Shown here: piece after piece, positions 16,339-26,117 of the stretch
How positions within the stretch are numbered: position 1 is the stretch's first letter
Layout: the number at the start of each line of letters is the position of its first letter
Assembly: GCF_000018105.1 (NCBI RefSeq)
Contig: NC_009925.1
Location: 3,000,001-3,032,000 of the forward strand
From: Acaryochloris marina MBIC11017
GTDB taxonomy: Bacteria; Cyanobacteriota; Cyanobacteriia; Thermosynechococcales; Thermosynechococcaceae
Direction: 5' to 3'
Length of the DNA stretch: 32,000 bases
Notes under the pieces: model-generated
Database searches by the model: none
What the model was told of the DNA's origin: nothing
What the model saw: only the letters and a program-made list of their open reading frames with translations
Program-made: the position numbers and the translations under genes

Positions 16339-18564
16339 ATGACTAAACCCGTTAAAACTTTATGTCCATACTGTGGTGTAGGCTGTGGATTAGAAGTCTT
16401 ACCTCCGGCCTTACCCGGTAAGCCTGTCAATCGAGATAGTGCTGGAACGCCCATCTGGCGAGTACGTGGTGATCAAGCCCACCCTTCCAGCAAGGGCCAA
16501 GTCTGTGTCAAAGGAGCCACTGTCACTGGTGCATTAGATAAAGATCGGCTGCGCTATCCGATGATGCGAGATTCTCTCGACCAACCGTTTCGCCAGGTCA
16601 CTTGGGAAGCCGCGTTACAACGGGTGGTGAGGGAACTTAAGACAGTACATGCTAATCAAGGTCCTGACGCCATTTGCATGTATGGATCCGGGCAGTTTCA
16701 GACGGAAGATTATTACATTGCTCAAAAATTACTGAAAGGGTGCCTAGGCACCAATAATTTTGATGCCAACTCTCGTCTTTGCATGTCTTCAGCCGTGGCT
16801 GGGTATATCCAAAGTTTTGGCTCTGATGGTCCACCGGCTTGCTACGACGATCTGGAACAGACAGACTGCGCCTTCTTAATCGGGACCAATACGGCGGAAT
16901 GTCATCCGATTGTATTTAATCGGTTGCTCAAGCATCACAAGAAAAATCGCCACGTCAAAATGATTGTAGTTGACCCTAGGCGCACTAAAACTGCAGAAAA
17001 GGCCGATTTACATCTGGCGATTAAACCCGGTACCGATATTAATTTGCTCAATGGCATTGCCCATTTGCTGATGCGGTGGGGCAAGTTTGACTCTTTATTT
17101 ATTGATGAATGTACGTCGGGTTTCGCCAGTTTTGCTGGCGTTATTAGCCAATATCCACCGGAATTAGTTGCCCGAGCCTGTGGCATTCGCGTTGATGAAC
17201 TCGAAAAAGCAGCGCGTTACTGGAGCGAATCCCAGCGAGTCCTGTCTCTGTGGTCCATGGGCATTAATCAATCTTCAGAAGGAACGGCAAAATGTCGCAC
17301 CATCATCAATTTGCATTTGATGACGGGCACTATCGGTAAACCTGGCTGTGGACCCTTTTCTTTAACCGGGCAACCCAATGCCATGGGGGGGCGCGAAGCA
17401 GGTGGCTTAGCTCATATTCTGCCTGGATACCGGGTCGTTAAAAATCCCCAACATCGACAAGAAGTGGAGCAAGCTTGGCAACGCCCTCCAGGCAGTATCT
17501 CTTCTCAGCCCGGTTTAGCCGCTTGGGATATGATTCTGGGACTAGAAAACCAAAGTGTAGGGGTTTTCTGGGTGGCTGCCACCAATCCTGCCGTTAGTAT
17601 GCCGGATATTAAGCGCACTAAAGCTGCTTTACTCAAATCCCGGTTTACGATCTGTCAGGATGCTTACTATCCAACCGAAATGGCCGACTATGCCCATGTT
17701 CTTCTACCTGCGGCTCAGTGGGGTGAGAAAACAGGGATTATGACCAATTCTGAGCGGGTGGTGAACTACTGTCCAGCCTTTCGAGAGCCCGTGGGAGAAG
17801 CCCGAGCGGATTGGGAAATTTTTGCTGAAGTCGGGCGACGCTTGGGATTTGAAAAGGAGTTTGCCTTTGCCAATTCCGCTGAGGTCTATGCCGAATTTGT
17901 GCAGCTAACCCGCGATCGCATCTGCGATATGAGCGGCCTCAGTCATGACCTACTGAAAAACGGCCCTATTCAATGGCCTTTCCCTGCTTGTGCCGTGGGC
18001 GATACTATCGATGCCACCGCAACGGGTAAACGCCTCTATACCAATCACCGATTTCCTACCGAAGATGGCCGGGCCAAGTTCTCTGCCTTCCATGCCAAAG
18101 GATTGGCCGAAGCCCCTGATCCAAATTATCCGTTTGTGCTGACCACAGGTCGACTCTATGGCCATTGGCATACCCAAAGCCGTACGGGACGGATTGAGAA
18201 GGTGGCAGGGATGTACCCCAATCCCTTTGTCGAGATCCATCCTCGGGATGCAGCTCGCATCGGTATTCAGGAAGGGGAAGTACTGGAGGTGCGATCGCGC
18301 CGGGGTTTCGCCCGCGTCCCTACCAAAATTACGAAAGCGATTGCTCCTGGCACTGTCTTTATCCCCATGCATTGGGGAGCCTTATGGGCAAAACATGCTG
18401 AGGTGAATGCACTCACCCATCCAGAAGTCTGCCCCATTTCCTTAGAACCCGAGTTAAAAGCTTGTGCCGTACAGCTGATCCCTACTAAAAATTTATCCAT
18501 TGACTCTGACGAAGATACTGCCGATCAACTGGCTTCATCCCTAGTCACTCATTCTCATCCTTAG
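16339..18564 (+). CDS. narB: assimilatory ferredoxin-dependent nitrate reductase (Mo-bisMGD)
   Basis: The N-terminal 4Fe-4S motif is CPYCGVGCG...C(VKG). The rest shows molybdopterin oxidoreductase core and C-terminal MGD-binding (barrel) region features. The 741 aa length is typical of cyanobacterial NarB. Confidence 0.95.
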   Translation: MTKPVKTLCPYCGVGCGLEVLPPALPGKPVNRDSAGTPIWRVRGDQAHPSSKGQVCVKGATVTGALDKDRLRYPMMRDSLDQPFRQVTWEAALQRVVRELKTVHANQGPDAICMYGSGQFQTEDYYIAQKLLKGCLGTNNFDANSRLCMSSAVAGYIQSFGSDGPPACYDDLEQTDCAFLIGTNTAECHPIVFNRLLKHHKKNRHVKMIVVDPRRTKTAEKADLHLAIKPGTDINLLNGIAHLLMRWGKFDSLFIDECTSGFASFAGVISQYPPELVARACGIRVDELEKAARYWSESQRVLSLWSMGINQSSEGTAKCRTIINLHLMTGTIGKPGCGPFSLTGQPNAMGGREAGGLAHILPGYRVVKNPQHRQEVEQAWQRPPGSISSQPGLAAWDMILGLENQSVGVFWVAATNPAVSMPDIKRTKAALLKSRFTICQDAYYPTEMADYAHVLLPAAQWGEKTGIMTNSERVVNYCPAFREPVGEARADWEIFAEVGRRLGFEKEFAFANSAEVYAEFVQLTRDRICDMSGLSHDLLKNGPIQWPFPACAVGDTIDATATGKRLYTNHRFPTEDGRAKFSAFHAKGLAEAPDPNYPFVLTTGRLYGHWHTQSRTGRIEKVAGMYPNPFVEIHPRDAARIGIQEGEVLEVRSRRGFARVPTKITKAIAPGTVFIPMHWGALWAKHAEVNALTHPEVCPISLEPELKACAVQLIPTKNLSIDSDEDTADQLASSLVTHSHP

Positions 18565-18824
18565 AGCAATACATCTAAGATATTTTCAGAAATTTTTTGC
18601 ATCTGAGGGCTTGAGCATCCATCAGGAAAGAGCCAACGATCATCCTATCCAGGTAACTTGTGTCGTTCCCTAGATAGCGGCTGTTCAATTACCCCCGTTG
18701 ACCCTGTGTTCTCAACGGAACTGATTGCTATGATCAGAACGACGGATTGGCTTGTGGGAGGAAAAACTCGCAAAGTCAGCAACTTACAGTTTGAACATTC
18801 AGCGTTGAAGGATATGGGTTGAGG

Positions 18825-20303
18825 ATGAAGATTCAGGCAATTGAGACAGTGGCGGCCGACTGGTCAGGCGATTATTTAGGCATTGGTTTTTTCGAAGATT
18901 CCGCAGCAATAGACGCTGGTTTGACCCAGCTAGACCAATCCCTCCAGGACATCCTCCAAGATCTGGTGAGCGAAACTGAATTTCAAGGCAAAGTGGGGGA
19001 ACAGCCCTGGACTCGAATTGCAGGACCCGGCTCCATCCGCAAAGTTATGCTGATTGGCCTTGGCTCCCCAGATGCATTTACATTAGACAGTCTGCGCCAA
19101 GCTGCCGCCGCCTTTGCCAAAGCTGCTCAAAAACAGAAAGCTGCCTCTGCGGGTCTGCAGTTGCCCTCATGGGACGATGATGCCGCAGCTTCAACTCAAG
19201 CTATGGCAGAAGGAATTGAACTTGCTTTACATCAAGAGATTCGTTTTAAGTCTGATCCTGATGCGAAAAAGCCTGGCGAATTTCCGCAAGAGGTCCACCT
19301 ACTAGGTCTTGCCAATCAAGCTGCCGCCATTGAAAAAGCCCAACAGATTTGTGCAGGGGTCATTCTGACCCGTGAACTTGTAGCAGCCCCTGCCAACGTG
19401 GTCACTCCCAGTGCTTTAGCAGAAACTGCAGCCCAAATCGCTGAGGACCACGGTTTGACCCTAGAAGTTCTAGAGCGAGAAGAATGCGAAGCCCAAGGCA
19501 TGGGCGCTTTTCTGGGCGTTTCTCTAGCATCTGAGCTGCCTCCCAAATTTATCCACCTGACTTACAAGCCCAGCGGCACTCCTCGCCGCAAACTTGCCAT
19601 TGTGGGTAAAGGGGTTACGTTTGACTCCGGTGGCCTCAACCTCAAAGTTGGGGGCAGCGGCATCGAAACCATGAAAATGGATATGGCAGGATCTGGTGCG
19701 ACGTTAGGAGCGGCCAAAGCCATTGGTCAACTCAAGCCTGATGTGGAAGTTCATTTCATCGTCGCAGCAGCTGAGAATATGATTAGCGGCCATGCCCTCC
19801 ATCCTGGCGATATCCTGACTGCATCCAATGGCAAAACTATCGAGATCAATAATACTGATGCGGAAGGGCGGCTCACCCTTGCCGATGCTTTAGTCTTTGC
19901 GGAAAAGCAAGGCGTCGACGCCATTGTTGACTTGGCCACCTTAACTGGAGCCTGCATCGTCGCCTTAGGCAATGATATTGCTGGCATGTGGACCCCAGAA
20001 GATAGCTTGGCAGAAGAGCTGAGCCAAGCGTCTGAACAGGCAGGAGAAAAGTTTTGGCGGATGCCCTTAGAAGAAAAATATTTTGAAGGACTGAAATCTC
20101 CCATCGCCGATATGAAAAACACTGGACCTCGTCCAGGGGGTTCCATTACCGCCGCTTTATTTCTCAAACAATATATTGAGAACACGCCCTGGGCTCACTT
20201 AGATGTGGCAGGCCCCGTCTGGACTGAGAAAGAGAACGGTTATCTCAATGTGGGTGCGACAGGGTTTGCAGTCCGGACTTTAGTCAATTGGGTAATGGGT
20301 TAA
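18825..20303 (+). CDS. pepA: leucyl aminopeptidase (M17 family)
   Basis: M17 signature [12 protein letters not shown] and metal/bicarbonate-site context [15 protein letters not shown]...MKMDMAG. The track ORF starts at TTG 18819; ATG 18825 (MKIQAIE) is preferred. Confidence 0.93.
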   Translation: MKIQAIETVAADWSGDYLGIGFFEDSAAIDAGLTQLDQSLQDILQDLVSETEFQGKVGEQPWTRIAGPGSIRKVMLIGLGSPDAFTLDSLRQAAAAFAKAAQKQKAASAGLQLPSWDDDAAASTQAMAEGIELALHQEIRFKSDPDAKKPGEFPQEVHLLGLANQAAAIEKAQQICAGVILTRELVAAPANVVTPSALAETAAQIAEDHGLTLEVLEREECEAQGMGAFLGVSLASELPPKFIHLTYKPSGTPRRKLAIVGKGVTFDSGGLNLKVGGSGIETMKMDMAGSGATLGAAKAIGQLKPDVEVHFIVAAAENMISGHALHPGDILTASNGKTIEINNTDAEGRLTLADALVFAEKQGVDAIVDLATLTGACIVALGNDIAGMWTPEDSLAEELSQASEQAGEKFWRMPLEEKYFEGLKSPIADMKNTGPRPGGSITAALFLKQYIENTPWAHLDVAGPVWTEKENGYLNVGATGFAVRTLVNWVMG

Positions 20304-20621
20304 TGGCCTTCCTCCATCGATAGAAGCCACTTCGGCAAAATCTAAATCCACCTCACGCCACACCTCGGACAGGCCTTAGCGGCGTATTTCACACTGATCA
20401 TCTCGATCATTTAGCCGTTAAGCCCTGTCCAGGAAACTCCACTTACTTCTGGCTGAAACACCAACACGCAGTAGCTTTACCATGCAGAGCTACCTGATAT
20501 TCAGCTACTTTCTTCATCTGAACGGGCTGCTCTCTGCTTTTCATAGGTGATCCGCTAACTTTTCTCAGCGTCCAAATATGTGATGCTTTTACCATCTACC
20601 CTCTTCTAGCCTATTTCTGTT

Positions 20622-21284
20622 ATGAGTGATTCCACCCTGACCCCTGAACAACTTCTGCACCAACTCCAATGGCGCTATGCTACCAAAAAATTTGACCCCA
20701 CCCAAAAAATACCCACAGCCACTTGGGAGGCCCTGGAACAAAGTTTAGTGCTCACCCCGTCCTCTTTTGGACTCCAACCCTGGAAATTTTTTGTCGTTCA
20801 AAACTCACAAATTCGCCAGCAACTCCTGGAATATTCTTTCGGCCAAACTCAAGTTGTGGACGCCTCTCATCTGGTCGTCTTAGCCATTAAAAAAGCAGCC
20901 AATGCAGACGATGTTGATCGCTATATGCAGCGAACCGCAGAAGTCCGTCAAGTCGACATCGACTCTTTAACGGGCTTTGCCAATGTCATTAAAAACTTTT
21001 TAGCCAACCCCCATAACCCTGACTTTGATCCAGATGAATGGGCAACCCGGCAGGTCTATATTGCCCTAGGCCAACTCATGACTAGTGCTGCAGTCCTCGG
21101 CATTGATGCTTGCCCTATGGAAGGCATTATCCCTGCCAAATATGATGAAGTCTTAGGCCTGACAGACACTGAATATCAAGCCGTCCTAGCCTGTCCTGTC
21201 GGGTATCGTCATCCCGAAGATAAATATGCTGTGCTCCCTAAAATCAGGTATGCGCAAGAAGAGATCGTGGCTCATATTTCCTGA
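20622..21284 (+). CDS. NAD(P)H-dependent oxidoreductase, nitroreductase family
   Basis: The N-terminal RYATKKFDP motif and the PSSFGLQPWKF and GIDACPMEG segments are typical of the NfsB/FRase-like nitroreductase fold. Length is 220 aa. Confidence 0.85.
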   Translation: MSDSTLTPEQLLHQLQWRYATKKFDPTQKIPTATWEALEQSLVLTPSSFGLQPWKFFVVQNSQIRQQLLEYSFGQTQVVDASHLVVLAIKKAANADDVDRYMQRTAEVRQVDIDSLTGFANVIKNFLANPHNPDFDPDEWATRQVYIALGQLMTSAAVLGIDACPMEGIIPAKYDEVLGLTDTEYQAVLACPVGYRHPEDKYAVLPKIRYAQEEIVAHIS

Positions 21285-21366
21285 GGTATGAACCGCTCTA
21301 GAGCAGAGTCCTTACAGATATCTCATCATTCCAGTCTGTTCAACCCCCAGAGCTGTCTAGACTAAG

Positions 21367-21630
21367 ATGAGAAAAACATCTATGGGGGTTTTCGCCATGG
21401 CTTTAGAACCCTGCCGAGTCTGCGGTACTTTGAATAGCACGGAAGCAGAGATTTGCCTCAGCTGCGAATTTCCCACCAAAGGTCGTCGCCGCCCTGCTAT
21501 TTTCCAATGGGCTGCGATTGGCTTGTTTGTGCTGTTCACCATTCCCGTCATCATGACGGTGATGAATCAGTTTAAATCCAAGCCCCAGACGCCATCTCCC
21601 CAACCTGTCTCCCTTCGCCTATCTCGATAA
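21367..21630 (+). CDS. small zinc-ribbon membrane protein
   Basis: CRVCGTLN-x8-CLSCEF is a CxxC...CxxC zinc ribbon. A single TM helix follows (AIFQWAAIGLFVLFTIPVIMTVM), then a Pro-rich tail. The stop lies 3-6 nt before the protease gene start. Confidence 0.5.
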   Translation: MRKTSMGVFAMALEPCRVCGTLNSTEAEICLSCEFPTKGRRRPAIFQWAAIGLFVLFTIPVIMTVMNQFKSKPQTPSPQPVSLRLSR

Positions 21631-21636
21631 TTTTTG

Positions 21637-22809
21637 ATGATGACCCACCTGACCTTGCCCCGTCGCCGCCTGTTACAAATGGCAGGGGGCTTAGCATTGA
21701 CACTACTGTGGCCGCACCAGGCCGATGGGCAAACTGGACGACAGGTACGAGATATTGCCAAAGCCGTAACGGTCTTGGTATCTCCCCAAAGCAGTTCCGG
21801 GTCAGGAGTCCTGATCAAGCAGGAAGGAAGTAGCTACTATGTGCTCACCGCTAAGCATGTCATGGAGTCTACCCGTGCGGGGGAAGAGGCAGATGTGATT
21901 ACATCTGATGGCCAGTCTCATGCCATCAATACCCAGGCCATCCTATATCTTTCTGGGGTAGATTTAGCCTTGATTCGCTTCGATAGCGATCGCAACTATC
22001 CGGTAGCCACCCTGGGTAATTCAGCATCCATAGCCGAAACCGATACCATTTATATCGCTGGTTTTCCCCTACCAGGCCAAGCCATCACTTCACCCACCTT
22101 CACCATTACGAAGGGCGCGATCACCGGCAAGGGGCAATACCAACGCGGATACGGTCTAATTTATGACAACGTCACCCAACCGGGCATGAGTGGTGGCCCC
22201 ATCCTCAGTCAGACCGGACAAGTAATTGGCATTCACGGCCTAGCCGAGGGTGAGCGCGTGCAAGGGGTCGCCGTCAAGGCAGGCTTGAACTTAGGCGTGC
22301 CTATTAACACGATTTTGGACCTCACACCCCTGGCTCTTCAACAAGCTCCTCCAGAAACATCATTTTCTTCATCTCCAAACCCTGTAGCTTCCGCAAGTGA
22401 AGCGGAACGAACCTTTCGCGCTTTTCTAGATCAACATTATGCAGCGATTGCCCCTTTAATTGAAACTCGGGATGCCGCTCGGCTCTTTAACTATATGCCG
22501 ATTGATAAGGAACGCTTTCGCTACAGGCAGCATACCGGGGTGGTCCAAAACTACAACGATCGGGTCGCTGGAGCATCACAGTTTTTCGCCAAAAAACCAG
22601 CCAGAGAAAAATGGAAACTGTCTTTCGAAATAACCGATGTGCAAATGCCAACGGTCGATCAGGCCATCGTCTCTCATATTGAAACGGTGAAATGGTCTTA
22701 CTGGCCAGGAATCCTCAGAGGGGTGTTCCGTCGCCGCGAAACAACGTCCTGGGAGCGGGTCAACGGCCAATGGAAAATTGTCTCAGTGGAAGAAGTGGAA
22801 AGGCTATAG
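21637..22809 (+). CDS. Tat-signal trypsin-like (S1/S1C) serine protease with a C-terminal NTF2/SnoaL-like domain
   Basis: Twin-arginine leader LPRRRLLQMAGGLALT. Catalytic triad context: TAKHVM (His), VDLALIRF (Asp), GMSGGPI (Ser). The C-terminal approximately 130 aa end in ...WERVNGQWKIVSVEE, typical of NTF2-like folds. TTG 21634 and ATG 21637/21640 are all possible starts. Confidence 0.78.
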   Translation: MMTHLTLPRRRLLQMAGGLALTLLWPHQADGQTGRQVRDIAKAVTVLVSPQSSSGSGVLIKQEGSSYYVLTAKHVMESTRAGEEADVITSDGQSHAINTQAILYLSGVDLALIRFDSDRNYPVATLGNSASIAETDTIYIAGFPLPGQAITSPTFTITKGAITGKGQYQRGYGLIYDNVTQPGMSGGPILSQTGQVIGIHGLAEGERVQGVAVKAGLNLGVPINTILDLTPLALQQAPPETSFSSSPNPVASASEAERTFRAFLDQHYAAIAPLIETRDAARLFNYMPIDKERFRYRQHTGVVQNYNDRVAGASQFFAKKPAREKWKLSFEITDVQMPTVDQAIVSHIETVKWSYWPGILRGVFRRRETTSWERVNGQWKIVSVEEVERL

Positions 22810-22841
22810 CACTGGCATCATTGGACACCAGCGCTCACAAC

Positions 22842-23276
22842 CTACGAGTTAACCTGAACTTTGACGACGTTATGTTTTTCTTCTTCCACTTTGGGAAGGG
22901 TAACGGTTAACACGCCTTGCTGGTAATCGGCCTGGACCTCTTGAGGATTGATGCGCCCCGGTAGCGGAATCACCCGTTGAAATGTCCCGTAGTGAAACTC
23001 GCTGCGAGTCACTCCCTGATCTTCACTATGGGTCTCGGAACGACGCTCACCACTAATAGATACAGAATTTTCTGTGACTTCGATATTGACATCTTCAGGC
23101 TTCAGGCCCGGGAGTTCTAAGCGTAAGCAATACTGTGCAGCAGTATCCTCTAATTCCACCGCAGGAACAAATCCAACACCAGACTGGCGAGTCATTGAAA
23201 GACGATCAACGAGACGATTCACATCCCGCTGCATCTCTTCTAATTCGCGGAAGGGTTGCCAGTGAACTAATGCCAT
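22842..23276 (-). CDS. hspA: Hsp20/alpha-crystallin family small heat-shock protein
   Basis: 144 aa. The N-terminus WQPFRELEEMQRDVNRL, the alpha-crystallin core PAVELEDTAAQYCLRLELPGLKPEDVNIEV...FHYGTFQRVIPLP, and the end GVLTVTLPK are diagnostic. AGGAGG lies 8 nt upstream of the ATG. Confidence 0.92.
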   Translation of the reverse strand: MALVHWQPFRELEEMQRDVNRLVDRLSMTRQSGVGFVPAVELEDTAAQYCLRLELPGLKPEDVNIEVTENSVSISGERRSETHSEDQGVTRSEFHYGTFQRVIPLPGRINPQEVQADYQQGVLTVTLPKVEEEKHNVVKVQVNS

Positions 23277-23486
23277 AACAATAACCTCCTAGTTTATACA
23301 GGATGAACTGGGAAAAGGCTCTTCAAACCTTTATTGCTCTTAACTTTTGAGAATACTGTAAGACTTTACGATCCTAGGTGAGGAGATAATCCCCTAGGGA
23401 GTAGGGATAACCCACCGAGTATTATTTTAGGGTCATCTTAATCTTGCTATGGTTGTCTTGAGGATGAGGTTTACAGAATCAGGGTT

Positions 23487-23843
23487 ATGAATCTAGAAGA
23501 GATTTTTCAAAACGATCCCAACATTCAATCGTTTACTGCAGGACATACCCTGTTTACTGAAGGAGATCCTGGTGAGTATATGTATGTGGTCATTACTGGC
23601 AACCTAGAAATTCAAGTTCGCGGACAAGTTATGGAAACCGCTGTCCCCGGCGATATTTTGGGAGAGATGGCTTTAATTGAGCATGGTACTCGTAGTGCAG
23701 CTGCGATCGCACGCACCGATGTCACCTTAGTCCCCATTGATCAAAAGCGATTCACATTTTTGGTGCAAGAAACTCCGTATTTTGCCCTCCATGTGATGAA
23801 AGTCTTAGCTGATCGCCTAGGGAAAATGAATAAGATTGTGTAG
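23487..23843 (+). CDS. stand-alone cyclic-nucleotide-binding domain protein (no DNA-binding or other output domain)
   Basis: 118 aa. The cNMP-binding beta-roll motifs are FTEGDPGEYMYVVITG and GDILGEMALIEHGTRSAAAIA (the GE...R[ST]A phosphate-binding cassette). Confidence 0.8.
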   Translation: MNLEEIFQNDPNIQSFTAGHTLFTEGDPGEYMYVVITGNLEIQVRGQVMETAVPGDILGEMALIEHGTRSAAAIARTDVTLVPIDQKRFTFLVQETPYFALHVMKVLADRLGKMNKIV

Positions 23844-23875
23844 TGGTACTAATGGTCAGGTCTCAGCCTTTTGGG

Positions 23876-24292
23876 CTATAAATTGAGCCATTTTTCAAAC
23901 TTTCCTAGCATCTTCCGTAACGACTTCATCTCGACCAATTTATAGGCTTTGGCCACAGAAACCACCCGCCTTTCCCGCTCATGATCCTCTTGCCATGCTC
24001 GGTGCAGCTGAGTGACCACCAAGGGAAACACCTGCACCGTACAGGTACTCCCCCATTTTTGATGAGCGTAGGTGCCTAAGGGTTCAGTCGCAATCAAGCC
24101 TTCAATCCCCGCTTCTTCCCAGGCCTCTTTCGCTGCAGAATCCCAGGCCGTCAGATCCGGTTCAATTTCTCCTTTAGGGATAATCCACCGACCTCGCTTA
24201 CGGGATGTAATTAAGACCACCTTCAAACCATCTGGCTGAATCAGGTAAGGCAGGGCAGCAGAGTGCTGATAGCGCCCCTCGACTGGTGTCAT
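23876..24292 (-). CDS. NUDIX hydrolase
   Basis: Nudix box GEIEPDLTAWDSAAKEAWEEAGIEG fits GX5EX7REUXEEXGU with K in place of R. Length is 138 aa. It is on the same strand as the SGDEF-EAL gene and 79 nt downstream of it. Confidence 0.85.
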   Translation of the reverse strand: MTPVEGRYQHSAALPYLIQPDGLKVVLITSRKRGRWIIPKGEIEPDLTAWDSAAKEAWEEAGIEGLIATEPLGTYAHQKWGSTCTVQVFPLVVTQLHRAWQEDHERERRVVSVAKAYKLVEMKSLRKMLGKFEKWLNL

Positions 24293-24371
24293 AACAGGTT
24301 ATTTACAAGGTATTAAGATGATCGACCGCTGTCTAAGAGCGTAGCGAGAACTATCGTCTTTGCCAACTGTT

Positions 24372-26117
24372 TCACCAATCTTTGAGACCGTTCGTCATCT
24401 TTTCCTGCAGCAGCGCCACCGCCATTTGTCCATCGACCGGTTTCGAGAACAAATGACCTTGCGCTTCTTGGCAGCCCATATCTAGCAAAAAGCGCCGCTG
24501 TACCGGAGTTTCAACACCTTCAGCCGTCACACTGAGCCCCAGATCATGGGCTAACTCAATGATAGAGCGCACTAGATCGAGATTATCCACATCCATCCGT
24601 TTAATAAAGGACCGATCAATCTTTAACGTATCCACCGGTAATTGCTGCAAATATTGCAACGATGCATAGCCTGTCCCAAAATCATCGATACAAAGGCTAA
24701 CCCCCATATTTTTGAGCTGATGAAGCGTATCGATCGCCGCTTGGTCTCGACTAAACAACACACTCTCCGTAATTTCAATCATGAGCTGTTGCGGAGAAAT
24801 GCGGGTTTCCAGCAACACTTGCCGGACTTGCGACACTAAATCGGGTTGATCAAACTGCTTCGCCGAAAAATTGACGCTAATCGAGAGGGGTTCTTCCGTA
24901 AATCGTCGCCACTGCTGAATGCGAAAACAGGCTTCTTTCAACATCCACTGATCGATCTCGAAAATCAGGCCCGTTTCTTCGGCAATTGGAATAAACTCTA
25001 GAGGAGACACCATGCCTAGCCTGGGATGCATCCATCGAACTAAGGCCTCAAAGCCAATAATTCTTTGATCGGCCAAACAAACAATCGGCTGAAAGAATAA
25101 ATTCAGTTCCTGCTCACGCAGCGCTCGCTTCAAATCATTTTCAAGCTGCAGCAGTCGTACCGCTCGCGCATGCATGGTGGGATCAAATACCACATAATTG
25201 GCTCGCCCCAGTCCTTTGGCATAACTGACCGCTGTATTGGCATCTCGAAGTAAATCTTCAGCCCGGTCATACTCCATCAAGGTTAAAGCAATCCCGACAC
25301 TGGCCGTTATAAATAACTCTTGACCACTCAATCGAAATGGGGTTTGGAACTCTGCCGAAATTTGGTTGGCGGCTAAGATAGCTGTGCTCGTCGCGTCAAT
25401 TTCATCCAACAGAATGATAAATTCATCTCCACTCAAACGGGCGAAGATATCAAATTCATCCAAGCAATTTTTCAAGCGCCAAGCAATGGCAATCAGGAGC
25501 TGATCCCCTGCCAAACGGCCAAAACTATCATTAATACTTTGAAAGCGGTCAATATTGACGATCAAAATGGCAAAGTGATAGCTCTTTTTGCGCTTAAACC
25601 GTTCAAAAGCATGGGCCAGCTGAATCAGGAAATAGGTTTGATTCGGCAGCCCCGTCAAGGCATCATAAAACGTCGTCTTGAGAATGCTTTCGCTCGTTTG
25701 TTTCCGCTCTTCAATAAAATCTAATGTGCTTTCCCGCGCTTTTTGAATAAAGGAGAGGAGTTCAATATATTCCCCCTCTGAGGCCTTAATCAGGAGGATT
25801 TTCTGAGATCCTAAATTGAGGGCTGCCGCCTCCAAATGAATCTCTTGGTCACGATGATCGGTTTCACACCACATGCCCGACTTATACTGACCTGGCTGAT
25901 TGTCATGCCAAAACTCCATCGCATCCACCAGAAAGTTAGCCAGAAAAGGCAATTTTCTTTCGATCCAAGCCACATCTAAGGTGAGTTGGACCTGGGGATA
26001 GAGTTTAGTGAACCAGGAGGGCGCTGTTCCTACAATGGTTAAGGAATGCTCATTAACCCGCTCTAAAATTAAAATATCTAAAGCAGAGAGTACATTTGCA
26101 GGAAGCGATTCCGTCAT
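24372..26117 (-). CDS. c-di-GMP turnover protein: novel N-terminal domain + GGDEF-type domain (SGDEF variant) + EAL phosphodiesterase domain
   Basis: GGDEF domain: YDALTGLPNQTYF...RLSGDEFIILL, with no RxxD I-site (DEFD instead). EAL domain has all hallmark motifs: GFEALVRW, NFSAKQ, EITES, DDFGTGYASL, KIDRSF, EGVET, QGHLFSKP. The first approximately 150 aa have no recognisable family. Confidence 0.9.
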   Translation of the reverse strand: MTESLPANVLSALDILILERVNEHSLTIVGTAPSWFTKLYPQVQLTLDVAWIERKLPFLANFLVDAMEFWHDNQPGQYKSGMWCETDHRDQEIHLEAAALNLGSQKILLIKASEGEYIELLSFIQKARESTLDFIEERKQTSESILKTTFYDALTGLPNQTYFLIQLAHAFERFKRKKSYHFAILIVNIDRFQSINDSFGRLAGDQLLIAIAWRLKNCLDEFDIFARLSGDEFIILLDEIDATSTAILAANQISAEFQTPFRLSGQELFITASVGIALTLMEYDRAEDLLRDANTAVSYAKGLGRANYVVFDPTMHARAVRLLQLENDLKRALREQELNLFFQPIVCLADQRIIGFEALVRWMHPRLGMVSPLEFIPIAEETGLIFEIDQWMLKEACFRIQQWRRFTEEPLSISVNFSAKQFDQPDLVSQVRQVLLETRISPQQLMIEITESVLFSRDQAAIDTLHQLKNMGVSLCIDDFGTGYASLQYLQQLPVDTLKIDRSFIKRMDVDNLDLVRSIIELAHDLGLSVTAEGVETPVQRRFLLDMGCQEAQGHLFSKPVDGQMAVALLQEKMTNGLKDW

